From Fidelibacterota bacterium (lineage in GTDB: Bacteria > Fidelibacterota > Marinisomatia > Marinisomatales > UBA2128), in assembly GCA_046861645.1 (NCBI GenBank), contig JBHHUM010000075.1:1-10573 (forward strand): DNA of 10,573 nucleotides, read 5' to 3'. The notes under the pieces are model-generated. The model worked only from the letters and a program-made list of their open reading frames with translations. It ran no database searches and had not been told where the DNA came from. Positions 1 to 8,107 of this stretch are shown one piece after another. A program made the position numbers and the translations under genes. Position 1 is the first letter of the stretch. Each line of letters begins with the position of its first letter.

Positions 1-769
1 AGCCTGTATTACCCCTGGCGGCTTTTTCCCACTCAAATTCATCAGGTAAGCGTAATCCGTAATGTTCAGAAAATGCATTTGCGCCGAACCAGGTGACCCT
101 TGTAACTGGATGATCTCCATATCCTTCTTCTACAATAAAAGTGGTTCCATTCCAGGATATTCTACTTTCTGGAAGGTAGATGAAACCGTAATTACTTGGT
201 CCGTAGTATTCATCACCACTATAAAAACCTTGTACATAGTCGCCTGATATCCACACTTCCCCCGCTTCCAATGCCTCAATGAGATATTGGCCATATTCGG
301 CATTGGTCACTTCATATTTCATGATCTCGTAGTTGTAGTCAATCAAACGTATTTCATCCCCACCCCCAAACGTATAATCCCCGGAATCCACTAATACAAA
401 TTCAAAGGGGACTTCAATCAACCTCCCTGTAGCTATTACCTTTACCTTTACCTGGTCGCTGAAAACGCCTCCGTATTCCGCTCCCAGGTTCCAGACGATT
501 TGTTTCCCGGTTCCAGCCGTAACCCCGGCTCCCACATCCCCGGATACATAACTGGTAGAAGTATAGGTAACTCCGTCATCGAAACTCACTTCCACCGTCA
601 CTTTGTATTCGTTAAAGAGGGTGTCCTCAGCCAGATCATAGGTGATATCCACCATTTTGGACCCATCAGTACGCTGGGCAGCAGTCACATTTGTCACCGA
701 TGCTGTTTGAGAGAATCCGACTGATATTCCGAAAATTATCGTTAAAATGATTAAGTTAAATTTTCTCAT
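1..769 (-). CDS. Exported FGE-sulfatase (SUMF1/formylglycine-generating-enzyme-like, C-type-lectin fold) domain protein with N-terminal Ig-like domain; 3' end truncated by the window edge
   Basis: Not in the ORF track because it has no stop in the window. Manual translation from ATG 769..767 (AGGAG RBS at 780..776) gives 256 open codons. Signal peptide MRKFNLIILTIIFGISVGFSQ; beta-rich domain VTNVTAAQRTDGSKMVDITYDL...SFDDGVTY...KQIVWN; then FGE-sulfatase motifs FVLVDSGDYTFG, IMKYEVTNAEY, HPVTRVTWFGANAF, RLPDEFEWEKAARG. Confidence 0.9.
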   Translation of the reverse strand, partial: MRKFNLIILTIIFGISVGFSQTASVTNVTAAQRTDGSKMVDITYDLAEDTLFNEYKVTVEVSFDDGVTYTSTSYVSGDVGAGVTAGTGKQIVWNLGAEYGGVFSDQVKVKVIATGRLIEVPFEFVLVDSGDYTFGGGDEIRLIDYNYEIMKYEVTNAEYGQYLIEALEAGEVWISGDYVQGFYSGDEYYGPSNYGFIYLPESRISWNGTTFIVEEGYGDHPVTRVTWFGANAFSEHYGLRLPDEFEWEKAARGNTG

Positions 770-851
770 AACTGACTCCTTTATCCTGACCCCATATTAA
801 AAAACCTGTCCAATTGTAAAAATATTATCATAGTCTGAAAGTTAATTTTAT

Positions 852-949
852 TGTCTGAACCTTGATTTGCCTGATTCGCTTGATTTGCTTGATTGATAAG
901 ATTTTTAATTATGCATAATCCTGTAATCCCGTTAATCATGGTTCAGATA
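852..949. repeat. Imperfect palindromic element with 9-nt-periodic GATT/AATC repeats
   Basis: Terminal inverted repeat TCTGAACCtTGATT (854-867) / AATCAtGGTTCAGA (934-947), 13/14 match. GATT at 864, 873, 882, 891, 900; AATC at 917, 925, 934; perfect palindrome ATTATGCATAAT at 908-919. Confidence 0.8.
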
Positions 950-952
950 TTA

Positions 953-1843
953 TTACCAGACATAAACCACCCCATCCCCACTATCAAGAAGAATATCTTC
1001 ATTTGAGAGATTCCTCAGGGCCGATCCTGCTCCAAATTCCAAGTAAAAAGTATCTACCTGGGTAGAATCTAGGGGGAGTTGCTGAAACTTCAGTTCCATG
1101 ATATCTCCACTACCGTTTAAGCCGTCTTCGGCACCCGTGACTAAAGCCAGGTCCACTGTTAACGATCCTGCCAAGGAATCCCATTCCACAAAATCAAGAA
1201 TTGATCCGCCACTCTGGGTCAGAAAATCACTCGAATCTTTCAGAATCGCATATTCCTTTAAGCTCATTCCTTCTGGATCGTAAAACATCTCTACATGAAC
1301 ACCCATCATTGCCGATACGTCTTTTAAGGTAACATTGACTACAAATTCATCCCCGGATTCCTGGAAGGACAGGATAGTCGTTCGAGGTGTTATCATCAGG
1401 GCAGAAGAATAGGCATCCATCGTCCAGGAACGAGAGGGAAAGGGTTCATCTTCTGTGATATTGGTGGGATAACGAGCCATAACCTGGAAAAAATAACTGG
1501 TATCGTCCAGATAAGACAGGGTGACAAAAGTATCGGTAAAAAAGGGTGACCAGTGCCCCTGATTCAATCGGTAGGTATAAGCAATAGCGCCATATAGGCT
1601 ATCAATGTTGCCTGTACGATAGAAAGGATCCTTGGGTTGCCAGATGATGGTTACTTCCCTGGTAGAAACCGTCCCAGAGGGACCGGAAAGAATCCTCGTT
1701 TCAGGTTCTTTGAATTCCGGGTTAAGAGGATCGAAGGGATTTTCCGGTAGAGGTTGGAGGACATCACAGGTCCACACAACCAGCCCGATGATCATAACAA
1801 GTATGATCCGATTGAAGGATCTAGAGTAAACCACTTGCTTCAT
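953..1843 (-). CDS. Predicted lipoprotein with Ig-like domain and C-terminal cohesin-like domain
   Basis: 296-aa ORF. Basic N-terminus and hydrophobic stretch ending in lipobox-like LVVWT-C27, then NPFDPLNP and PETRILSGP Ig-like segment. The C-terminal GDEFVVNVTLKDVSAMMGVHVEMFYDP...GSLTVDLALV...LNGSGDIMELKF follows the cohesin beta-sandwich pattern. No clear SD, so the exact start is less certain. Confidence 0.8.
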   Translation of the reverse strand: MKQVVYSRSFNRIILVMIIGLVVWTCDVLQPLPENPFDPLNPEFKEPETRILSGPSGTVSTREVTIIWQPKDPFYRTGNIDSLYGAIAYTYRLNQGHWSPFFTDTFVTLSYLDDTSYFFQVMARYPTNITEDEPFPSRSWTMDAYSSALMITPRTTILSFQESGDEFVVNVTLKDVSAMMGVHVEMFYDPEGMSLKEYAILKDSSDFLTQSGGSILDFVEWDSLAGSLTVDLALVTGAEDGLNGSGDIMELKFQQLPLDSTQVDTFYLEFGAGSALRNLSNEDILLDSGDGVVYVW

Positions 1844-1888
1844 ACCATATTAAACAGTTGCTCAAATTCTGAACAATTTTCCGCTTAG

Positions 1889-1931
1889 ATACTACACTTA
1901 AGAAACTTACAAAATTGTGACGTATTTCACG
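1889..1931 (-). promoter_or_regulatory. Putative class II CRP-dependent promoter: CRP box (1916-1931) plus -10 TAGTAT (1894..1889)
   Basis: TGTGA-cgtatt-TCACG matches TGTGA-N6-TCACA at 9/10 core positions with an AT-rich flank. Box centre 1923.5 is at -41.5 relative to a TSS at 1882 implied by the -10 hexamer TAGTAT on the minus strand. Confidence 0.65.
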
Positions 1932-1973
1932 TAAGGTTTTCGATCGAAAATAGAGATCGTCTTATAAATAAAA

Positions 1974-4586
1974 CTACTTCTTGGTCAGGGTCCAAACTTT
2001 ATCCCAATCTTCACCAGGTGGGTTTTCTTTAAAATACATACATCTCTCTATATAAACTCGACTGGGATTTGAAGGTCGTAAAGTAAACATGTCCTCCAAC
2101 TCTTCAGCTGCTTTAAACACTCTCAAGGCATCGTTCCACTTCTGATCATAGTACAACTCCAAGCCTTCGTGAAAAGTATCCAGGAGTTTCGTCTGGTTAC
2201 CATTTAGCCCCCCCTTCTCAACCATCAATTCGTAGGTTCTTATGGGGACTGTTTTCCCCTTAACACGGACGTAATCAAGCGTCCTCCATTCAAACTGATC
2301 TTTTACTCTTTCGTAAGTGGATTCACTCACCTGAATATATACTCCATACTGTTTAGCGGAAGCCTCCAACCGGGCTGCAATATTAACTGTATCGCCCATC
2401 ATGGTATAATTCATGCGCATGTTGGAGCCCATATTTCCTGTAACCATTTCACCGGTACAAAGCCCGACCCTATGACGAAGATTATGAACCAGATCAGGCC
2501 AATCCCCCTCTTGTTCCCACTTCTGTCGCAGCTCAGCAATATGTTTATCCATCTCCAGGGCAGTCATACACGCTTGAAACTCATGATCCTCAACAGGTAC
2601 CGGAGCTCCATAGAAAGCCACTATGGCATCACCGATATATTTATCCAATGTACCTCGTCGAGCCAGGAGAATATCCGTCATCTCTGTCAAATACTCATTC
2701 ATCAGAGCCACCATTCGCTCTGGCTCCAACACTTCTGAGAAAGAGGAGAAACTCTGTATATCTGAGAAAAACGCCGTATGATAACCTGCTTCTCCTCCTA
2801 ATTTAGGCTCTTGGTGCTCTTCATACATCTGGTCGATAAGTTCGGGAGAAACGTACGTTCCAAAAGTGTTCTTCAGGAATCGCTTGTCCTTCTGCTCCAT
2901 GATGAACCTGTACAAAACATTGGTAATGTAGGTCACAGCGACACCAATGAAAGAGGCTACTACGGGTACGTAAAGAGATTCTCCCTTTCCGGGTACGTTG
3001 ATATTATTCCAGTTTCCAAACGTTAGCTTAACCAACCAGAAATAATCATTTGTAAATGATCCCAAAGCTATGCTGAAAAATATCAACAGTTCTACAAGAA
3101 TGCTCACGCCAGCGAAAAGGGGATTCATGGAAGCCAGAAAAATGAAGGCAATAAAAGCAAGAATGGCGATGAGAAAGATGTGTGATACCCACGATTTCTC
3201 CGACCATTCCTTATCTTTGCCGTACATCGTTATGAAATTCTGATCAATGATAGTCTGCAGGGCGTTAGCGTGAACCTCAACACCCGGCATCAGCTTCTGC
3301 TCACCAGCGAAACTGAAGTAGGGCGTTTCCTTGGTATCGTGAAAAACCTCTACAGATACTCCCAGAAGCACAACTTTATCACGGAATGGACTTTCATCCG
3401 GCCCCCCCATCCCGGGAATGTAATAGGCCCAATGTGTTGAATCGATAAACATGTCCATCCAGTCGATATCAGCATCAAAATCTCTCAGATCCACATCAGC
3501 CACATCAACAACTTGGAAGAGTGAATAAGTATCAAAAGTTTTCCAGGGAGGGTTGTCTCCGGTTTTTGCCGAAGAAGTAGGACCATAGAAGTTAATGAAA
3601 AATGTGGAAGTTGCTCCGTAGGTTGGAATTTCAATATCCTCGAATTGAATGATACCCTCTTCGGGGTCGCCTTCCAGTCGCAGAGAGTCATCGGGAGGAA
3701 AATCCAGGAATTCCATAGCGGAACGCATGGCTATGGTAAGATACCAGGTATTTGGATCTTCCCTGAGCATGTTAAAGGCGTAGTAACGCCGGGTAGTTCC
3801 ATCTGGGTCTTTGGTCTCATCCACGAGAGCAGTACGAGGTGCTGCCGACATAATCACGTCATTAGGTAAGATGAGTTCGTTACGTTGCTCCAGGGAATTA
3901 TATCCAATCTTTGAGGCTAAAATAACAGCAGTGCCCATCTCTTGCACTTCACTGATTGCGGCAGCAAAAGCACTGTCACCATGGGTGGGCACCAATTCGC
4001 GCAGTCCTCTGTCCATTAATTCACTTCGGATTTCTTTCAACGCTGGCTCTTCAGCGAGGCGGTCAGGAGCATCAAATTGAAAGTCAAATACGATAACTTT
4101 AGCACCAGCCCTGGCCAGATTTCTGACGACGCGTGCCCAAACTTCCCGTGTAAATGGCCATGACCAGGGAATGATCTCATACGATTTCTGGTCAAAATCA
4201 ATGATGACCACATCGAGCCCTTTATCCCACCTTCCATTTCCTTCATCAGAAAACGGTTCTCCATCATCCCAAACACTATTTCCATTCAAGTCTTCAAAGT
4301 CTTCTCCTTCGTTCCAATTCCCATCACCCACATCCTCGAAAGGTTCACCAATATCCCACTTCCCATTACCATTTTGGTCATGAAATGATTCAGAATTCCT
4401 AGGAATGGGTTCCCTGGCTGCCCATCCGGATAGAGGACCACGGATACGGAAAGCGAGATCATACATCTTATTTTCCAGGCTATCAAAGACGTGGAGTTGA
4501 TGGAAAAAAATAACAATAAGGATTGAGATTAAAGTCAGGATGATACCTACACCCTGTTTCTTAAATATTTTGATCAGATCCTTCAT
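1974..4586 (-). CDS. CHASE2-domain membrane adenylate cyclase (class III, IIIb-type) with C-terminal TPR-like tail
   Basis: 870 aa. N-terminal TM; CHASE2 motifs (LENKMYDLAFRIRG, DVVIIDFD, WPFTREVWARVVRNLARAGAKVIVFDFQF, DPDGTTRRY, FRDKVVLLG, MPGVEVHANALQTI); three further TM helices; cyclase motifs FSDIQSFS, DKYIGDA, RVGLCTGEMVTGNMGS, NYTMMGDTVNIAARLE. Lys in DKYIGD plus Thr in NYT indicate ATP specificity. Confidence 0.95.
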   Translation of the reverse strand: MKDLIKIFKKQGVGIILTLISILIVIFFHQLHVFDSLENKMYDLAFRIRGPLSGWAAREPIPRNSESFHDQNGNGKWDIGEPFEDVGDGNWNEGEDFEDLNGNSVWDDGEPFSDEGNGRWDKGLDVVIIDFDQKSYEIIPWSWPFTREVWARVVRNLARAGAKVIVFDFQFDAPDRLAEEPALKEIRSELMDRGLRELVPTHGDSAFAAAISEVQEMGTAVILASKIGYNSLEQRNELILPNDVIMSAAPRTALVDETKDPDGTTRRYYAFNMLREDPNTWYLTIAMRSAMEFLDFPPDDSLRLEGDPEEGIIQFEDIEIPTYGATSTFFINFYGPTSSAKTGDNPPWKTFDTYSLFQVVDVADVDLRDFDADIDWMDMFIDSTHWAYYIPGMGGPDESPFRDKVVLLGVSVEVFHDTKETPYFSFAGEQKLMPGVEVHANALQTIIDQNFITMYGKDKEWSEKSWVSHIFLIAILAFIAFIFLASMNPLFAGVSILVELLIFFSIALGSFTNDYFWLVKLTFGNWNNINVPGKGESLYVPVVASFIGVAVTYITNVLYRFIMEQKDKRFLKNTFGTYVSPELIDQMYEEHQEPKLGGEAGYHTAFFSDIQSFSSFSEVLEPERMVALMNEYLTEMTDILLARRGTLDKYIGDAIVAFYGAPVPVEDHEFQACMTALEMDKHIAELRQKWEQEGDWPDLVHNLRHRVGLCTGEMVTGNMGSNMRMNYTMMGDTVNIAARLEASAKQYGVYIQVSESTYERVKDQFEWRTLDYVRVKGKTVPIRTYELMVEKGGLNGNQTKLLDTFHEGLELYYDQKWNDALRVFKAAEELEDMFTLRPSNPSRVYIERCMYFKENPPGEDWDKVWTLTKK
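4218..4391 (-). repeat. Four tandem 14-15 aa acidic repeats (ExFxDx(N)GNGxWDxG) inserted in the CHASE2 domain
   Basis: Residues 66-123: ESFHDQNGNGKWDIG / EPFEDVGDGNWNEG / EDFEDLNGNSVWDDG / EPFSDEGNGRWDKG, alternating 15 and 14 aa (2 x 29 aa). Confidence 0.9.
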
Positions 4587-4607
4587 TTATCTTTTAATTG
4601 GACCAGA

Positions 4608-7352
4608 CTAAAATAAGTAATTCACAGAAAACTTCACAGCCAAGGTTCCTAAACTAAATTCACTATCCAATTGATTCATTTTTAACGAGAATCCCGCTTT
4701 CGCAGAAAATCGCTGCCACGGTTTCCACTCTACACCTCCATTAATGCCATAGTTACCAAACTTGGAAATTCCAGATGCCAGGAGACCATTAAGTCCACTC
4801 ATAAGTTTAAGTTTTTCGGGAATCAAAAAATAGGAGGAGTTGAATCCTATACTGGTATAAACCGTCTTTAATCCTTCTTCTCCAGCAGTCATTGTCTCTG
4901 GTAGTTCAAATGAATAGCGGCTGAAATTTATGGAAGATCGCCACCTTTTACCTAATTGTACATTGGTACCAAAGGCAATTGTTCTTGCTAAAGAATTTGG
5001 CGATAGAAAATCTAAGTCGCGGTCATCTACCAGCAGATCCTCCACGGTGATAGAACTCATCGTCATGGTGAATTGATAGCTGTTATTTCCTGATCGAACG
5101 GGTACGCTAAACGAAAAGAGACTGTTTTTTGTACGCATGTCTTCACGAAGGTCTTGCAGAGTTAAAGAGTCCTCCCCGGTACTGCTGGTAAACCAGACTG
5201 AGTCTAGAGCAGTTTTATCATTTCCACGATGTATAGATTGGAGATTTATCACTGCAGACGGCAAATCGATGCCTGGCGTAAACGTAAAATTCATTGTATA
5301 GGTCCCCTGAAAATCAGGATCGGATTCCGTTATCAGAACTTTATTGTCTTTGAATTTATAACTGAAATTTAAACGTAGTTTGTTGTGGAAAAGGCGAATT
5401 CTATCTGAGATTATAAATTCCCTTACATTGGTATTAAGATAGGGATTAGCCAGGGAATTGAATTCAGGTCCAACCTGGGAATACTGTATTTCAAATGTAT
5501 TTTCGTAGTAGTAAGCCCGGAGTTTCATTTTATAAGCTGCAGATGGCATTCTCATATAAGCCTGGAAAGGAGACTGATCAAACAGGTCGATATCCACAGG
5601 CACAAGAGGTGTCATATACTGGTTGACAATAAAGAAATCTTTTACAGAGGATGGATCCATCAAATCCTCAATTGAGAACCCCAGACTGGTCACAACACCG
5701 TAGTCATCGTACAAACGACCCACAAAACCATCCACAGAATCGTCAAGAGCCGTATCCATTTGTGCCAGAGTCAAAGCTCCATCCCATATGTTCTTATTCA
5801 GAAGGCTCATCGCCCAGGATATATCAAATGTCAATCTGCGATTATCAAAAGCAAGGCCCGCATCAAAACCAAAAACTATATTGTCCTGAGGATCGTCATC
5901 AGCCCAATTGGTAGTAGGCAATTCATAATCTCCAATACCCTTAAGGGCATTCTCAAATTCAGTTAGGGTATAGACCGCCGAGTCAATGCCAGGGTTACTA
6001 ACATAATCCTCCCAATTTGGAACTGTGAATTTAGCATCGCTTAGGATACGGTTAACTGTCCAGGTCTGATCCTTGGCTTTATGAAAATTTAGTCCCAAGT
6101 AATAACGATTTTTGTAATTAAGCATTAATCGATAAGCCTGATAGCTCCTTTCGAAAGTATATCCCACACGATTGAGAGAATACAAGGGTTGACCTGAACT
6201 CTGACTCTTTATGTCAGTGATCACATAGGATTTATCAACATCTGGAAGTCCATTCACTGCTCTCTCGAGTTGTCCATTCACAATCTGTACTCTGAGAAAA
6301 TTCAGGTTCACGTTCACTCCAAATCCTCGAATACGTTTCCCATCAATAGTGTATGGAGAAAGAACCGGAGTAAAATCTCCAAGATTAACCAGAATATTTT
6401 TACCTGATTTAATGGCGAGGGAAAAGCGGTTCCGAGGTTGTTGGTACTCACTTTCTTCGGTGGAAAGCTTAATATCAGTATTAAAACTGAGCCAGTCCCA
6501 GCCTCCTTCAATATTAATCTGTGATACTCCCACGCCGAGAGTTGCTGTTTCGACTCGATCCAAAGAGTAATCAGAACGTAGTTTTCCCGAGTAGGTAAAC
6601 TCTTCGGTAGCAGTCACTAGTCTGGCACCTATTCCAGCAACTGTAAACGACCAGGTTGTAGGAACTAAAGCATAACCATAAATGTTTCTCAGTTCTATTC
6701 GAGCAGTGTGCATACCTGCTTCTAAATCAGGTAATTCACAGGTTATTATTTCAGGGGTAATTTCACACAAACGAGTGACATTCTCTTGATCGATGAATAC
6801 TTGTACCTCATCCAAGTCAATACCAGTCACACTAAATAGAGAGACTGCAATCAGAACATCATCCGGATCAAGGATCTCCTCTACCTCCGGACTGATTATC
6901 AGCACATCAGCCTCAAGCAATTTAGCTGAAGTATCAGTTGCATTTTCAAACACTCGCCCCAGTTTTACTGCAGGTTCAACAGGTAACAAATGAGGGGATT
7001 CAAAGGGATCATCCGTGGGAAAAGCAACTACGGATAAATCTTCTAATGTAAAAATTACCGCATACTCTAATCCCTTTTCAGAAATATGTCCCCCCGAAAT
7101 AGTTGCATACCAAGTACCTTCAGAAAATTGCATGTGAACCTCCTGAAAACTCTCACTACCCACTATTCTATGAAACAGACGAGCGCTCAAAACCGCTTTG
7201 TCTCCAAAAATTACAGCCTCGATGGTTAATGGCTCACCCGCTGTAGGAGGATCGGGCGGAACATGATAAAGTCTGGTATCTGCGATTAAGAACTCAGGAA
7301 GTAATGTGAGGACTAAACATCCGGATATGATTGTTTTAAGTACCCGGATCAC
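4608..7352 (-). CDS. Large predicted outer-membrane beta-barrel protein with two N-terminal Ig-like domains
   Basis: 914 aa, GTG start with AAGGA RBS. Signal peptide; two beta-sandwich-like segments (LYHVPPDPPTAGEPLTIEAVI...GLEYAVIF; IISPE...GMHTARIELRN...TTWSFTV); many alternating amphipathic beta-strands; C-terminal VKFSVNYLF ending in Phe (BamA beta-signal). Confidence 0.8.
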   Translation of the reverse strand: MIRVLKTIISGCLVLTLLPEFLIADTRLYHVPPDPPTAGEPLTIEAVIFGDKAVLSARLFHRIVGSESFQEVHMQFSEGTWYATISGGHISEKGLEYAVIFTLEDLSVVAFPTDDPFESPHLLPVEPAVKLGRVFENATDTSAKLLEADVLIISPEVEEILDPDDVLIAVSLFSVTGIDLDEVQVFIDQENVTRLCEITPEIITCELPDLEAGMHTARIELRNIYGYALVPTTWSFTVAGIGARLVTATEEFTYSGKLRSDYSLDRVETATLGVGVSQINIEGGWDWLSFNTDIKLSTEESEYQQPRNRFSLAIKSGKNILVNLGDFTPVLSPYTIDGKRIRGFGVNVNLNFLRVQIVNGQLERAVNGLPDVDKSYVITDIKSQSSGQPLYSLNRVGYTFERSYQAYRLMLNYKNRYYLGLNFHKAKDQTWTVNRILSDAKFTVPNWEDYVSNPGIDSAVYTLTEFENALKGIGDYELPTTNWADDDPQDNIVFGFDAGLAFDNRRLTFDISWAMSLLNKNIWDGALTLAQMDTALDDSVDGFVGRLYDDYGVVTSLGFSIEDLMDPSSVKDFFIVNQYMTPLVPVDIDLFDQSPFQAYMRMPSAAYKMKLRAYYYENTFEIQYSQVGPEFNSLANPYLNTNVREFIISDRIRLFHNKLRLNFSYKFKDNKVLITESDPDFQGTYTMNFTFTPGIDLPSAVINLQSIHRGNDKTALDSVWFTSSTGEDSLTLQDLREDMRTKNSLFSFSVPVRSGNNSYQFTMTMSSITVEDLLVDDRDLDFLSPNSLARTIAFGTNVQLGKRWRSSINFSRYSFELPETMTAGEEGLKTVYTSIGFNSSYFLIPEKLKLMSGLNGLLASGISKFGNYGINGGVEWKPWQRFSAKAGFSLKMNQLDSEFSLGTLAVKFSVNYLF

Positions 7353-7411
7353 AAGGAGATGTCCTTAAGAGACTAAGCTCAGATTAGCAGTTTGGCGTAA
7401 GCTCAGGTAGC

Positions 7412-8095
7412 TCACTGAAACTTGATGATGAGCTCCTTTTCCTGACCATCAACATCCTGAAGTTGGATTCGGAGTTCGTGAATCTCCTCCTCCACTTCTA
7501 TATCTTCAGGGATATCTTCAGGATTTGTTTCTTCAACATTTAGAGTTCCGTTAGGTGTAGAAGTACCCGTCTGGTTTACACCCACATTTATCACTTCACC
7601 CGAAACTAAATTCAGTAGTTCTACTAATCCTTCTATGCCAATAAGCTTGTCTCCCAAGAGAGGATCAGACATTATCCAGAATTCAGTACCCTTTACGGAA
7701 GCTACAGATGTAGGGGTAGAAATAGCAAAATCACCTTTACGTTGTTTGGATACATTAGCTTTCAAGGTACCGGCCATCATATCCACTTTTTTGGATAATC
7801 CCTCTCCACTGCGAGTACCCCTGATTTCCAGATCGGTATTGGCTTTCACCTTTAACATACTTTTATCATCCAGGTAAACAACGACCAGGGCTCCATCCGA
7901 TCCAGTTCTGATCAAATCACGATCATTCAGAACAAATCCCTTTTTCAGGGGAGCAAAATTCGACTTACCTGTTGTTTTGACCTCGACACTACCCTTGACT
8001 TTCGTAACTACTGCAACTCTCTCTGCAGCATATATAAAGGATAAAAAGACAATTAAAGTAATTAATACACCAGAAATTTTATTTGTCAATTTCAT
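7412..8095 (-). CDS. Exported stand-alone FecR-domain protein
   Basis: 227 aa. Signal peptide ending IYA-A; FecR-domain motifs VAVVTKVKGSVEV, LNDRDLIRTGSDGALVVVYLDDKSMLKVKANT, GTLKANV, FAISTPTSVASVKGTEFWI, IEGLVEL; acidic tail. No cytoplasmic anti-sigma domain. Confidence 0.9.
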   Translation of the reverse strand: MKLTNKISGVLITLIVFLSFIYAAERVAVVTKVKGSVEVKTTGKSNFAPLKKGFVLNDRDLIRTGSDGALVVVYLDDKSMLKVKANTDLEIRGTRSGEGLSKKVDMMAGTLKANVSKQRKGDFAISTPTSVASVKGTEFWIMSDPLLGDKLIGIEGLVELLNLVSGEVINVGVNQTGTSTPNGTLNVEETNPEDIPEDIEVEEEIHELRIQLQDVDGQEKELIIKFQ

Positions 8096-8107
8096 AGTAC
8101 AGTCCCG

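Noticed and set aside
255..270. Possible frameshift at the G5 run in the FGE-domain gene
   Set aside because: Recounting gives GCG GGG GAA GTG TGG, in frame; the gene is open from 769 to the window edge.
861..905. 9-nt repeats as a CRISPR array
   Set aside because: Units are too short, have no unique spacers, and no cas genes are present.
1..950. Diversity-generating retroelement
   Set aside because: No reverse transcriptase, template repeat or variable repeat is visible in the window; only a compatible target fold.
7412..8095. Calling the FecR-domain gene an iron-uptake anti-sigma factor (fecR)
   Set aside because: No cytoplasmic anti-sigma domain, no ECF sigma gene and no recognisable TonB-dependent receptor nearby.
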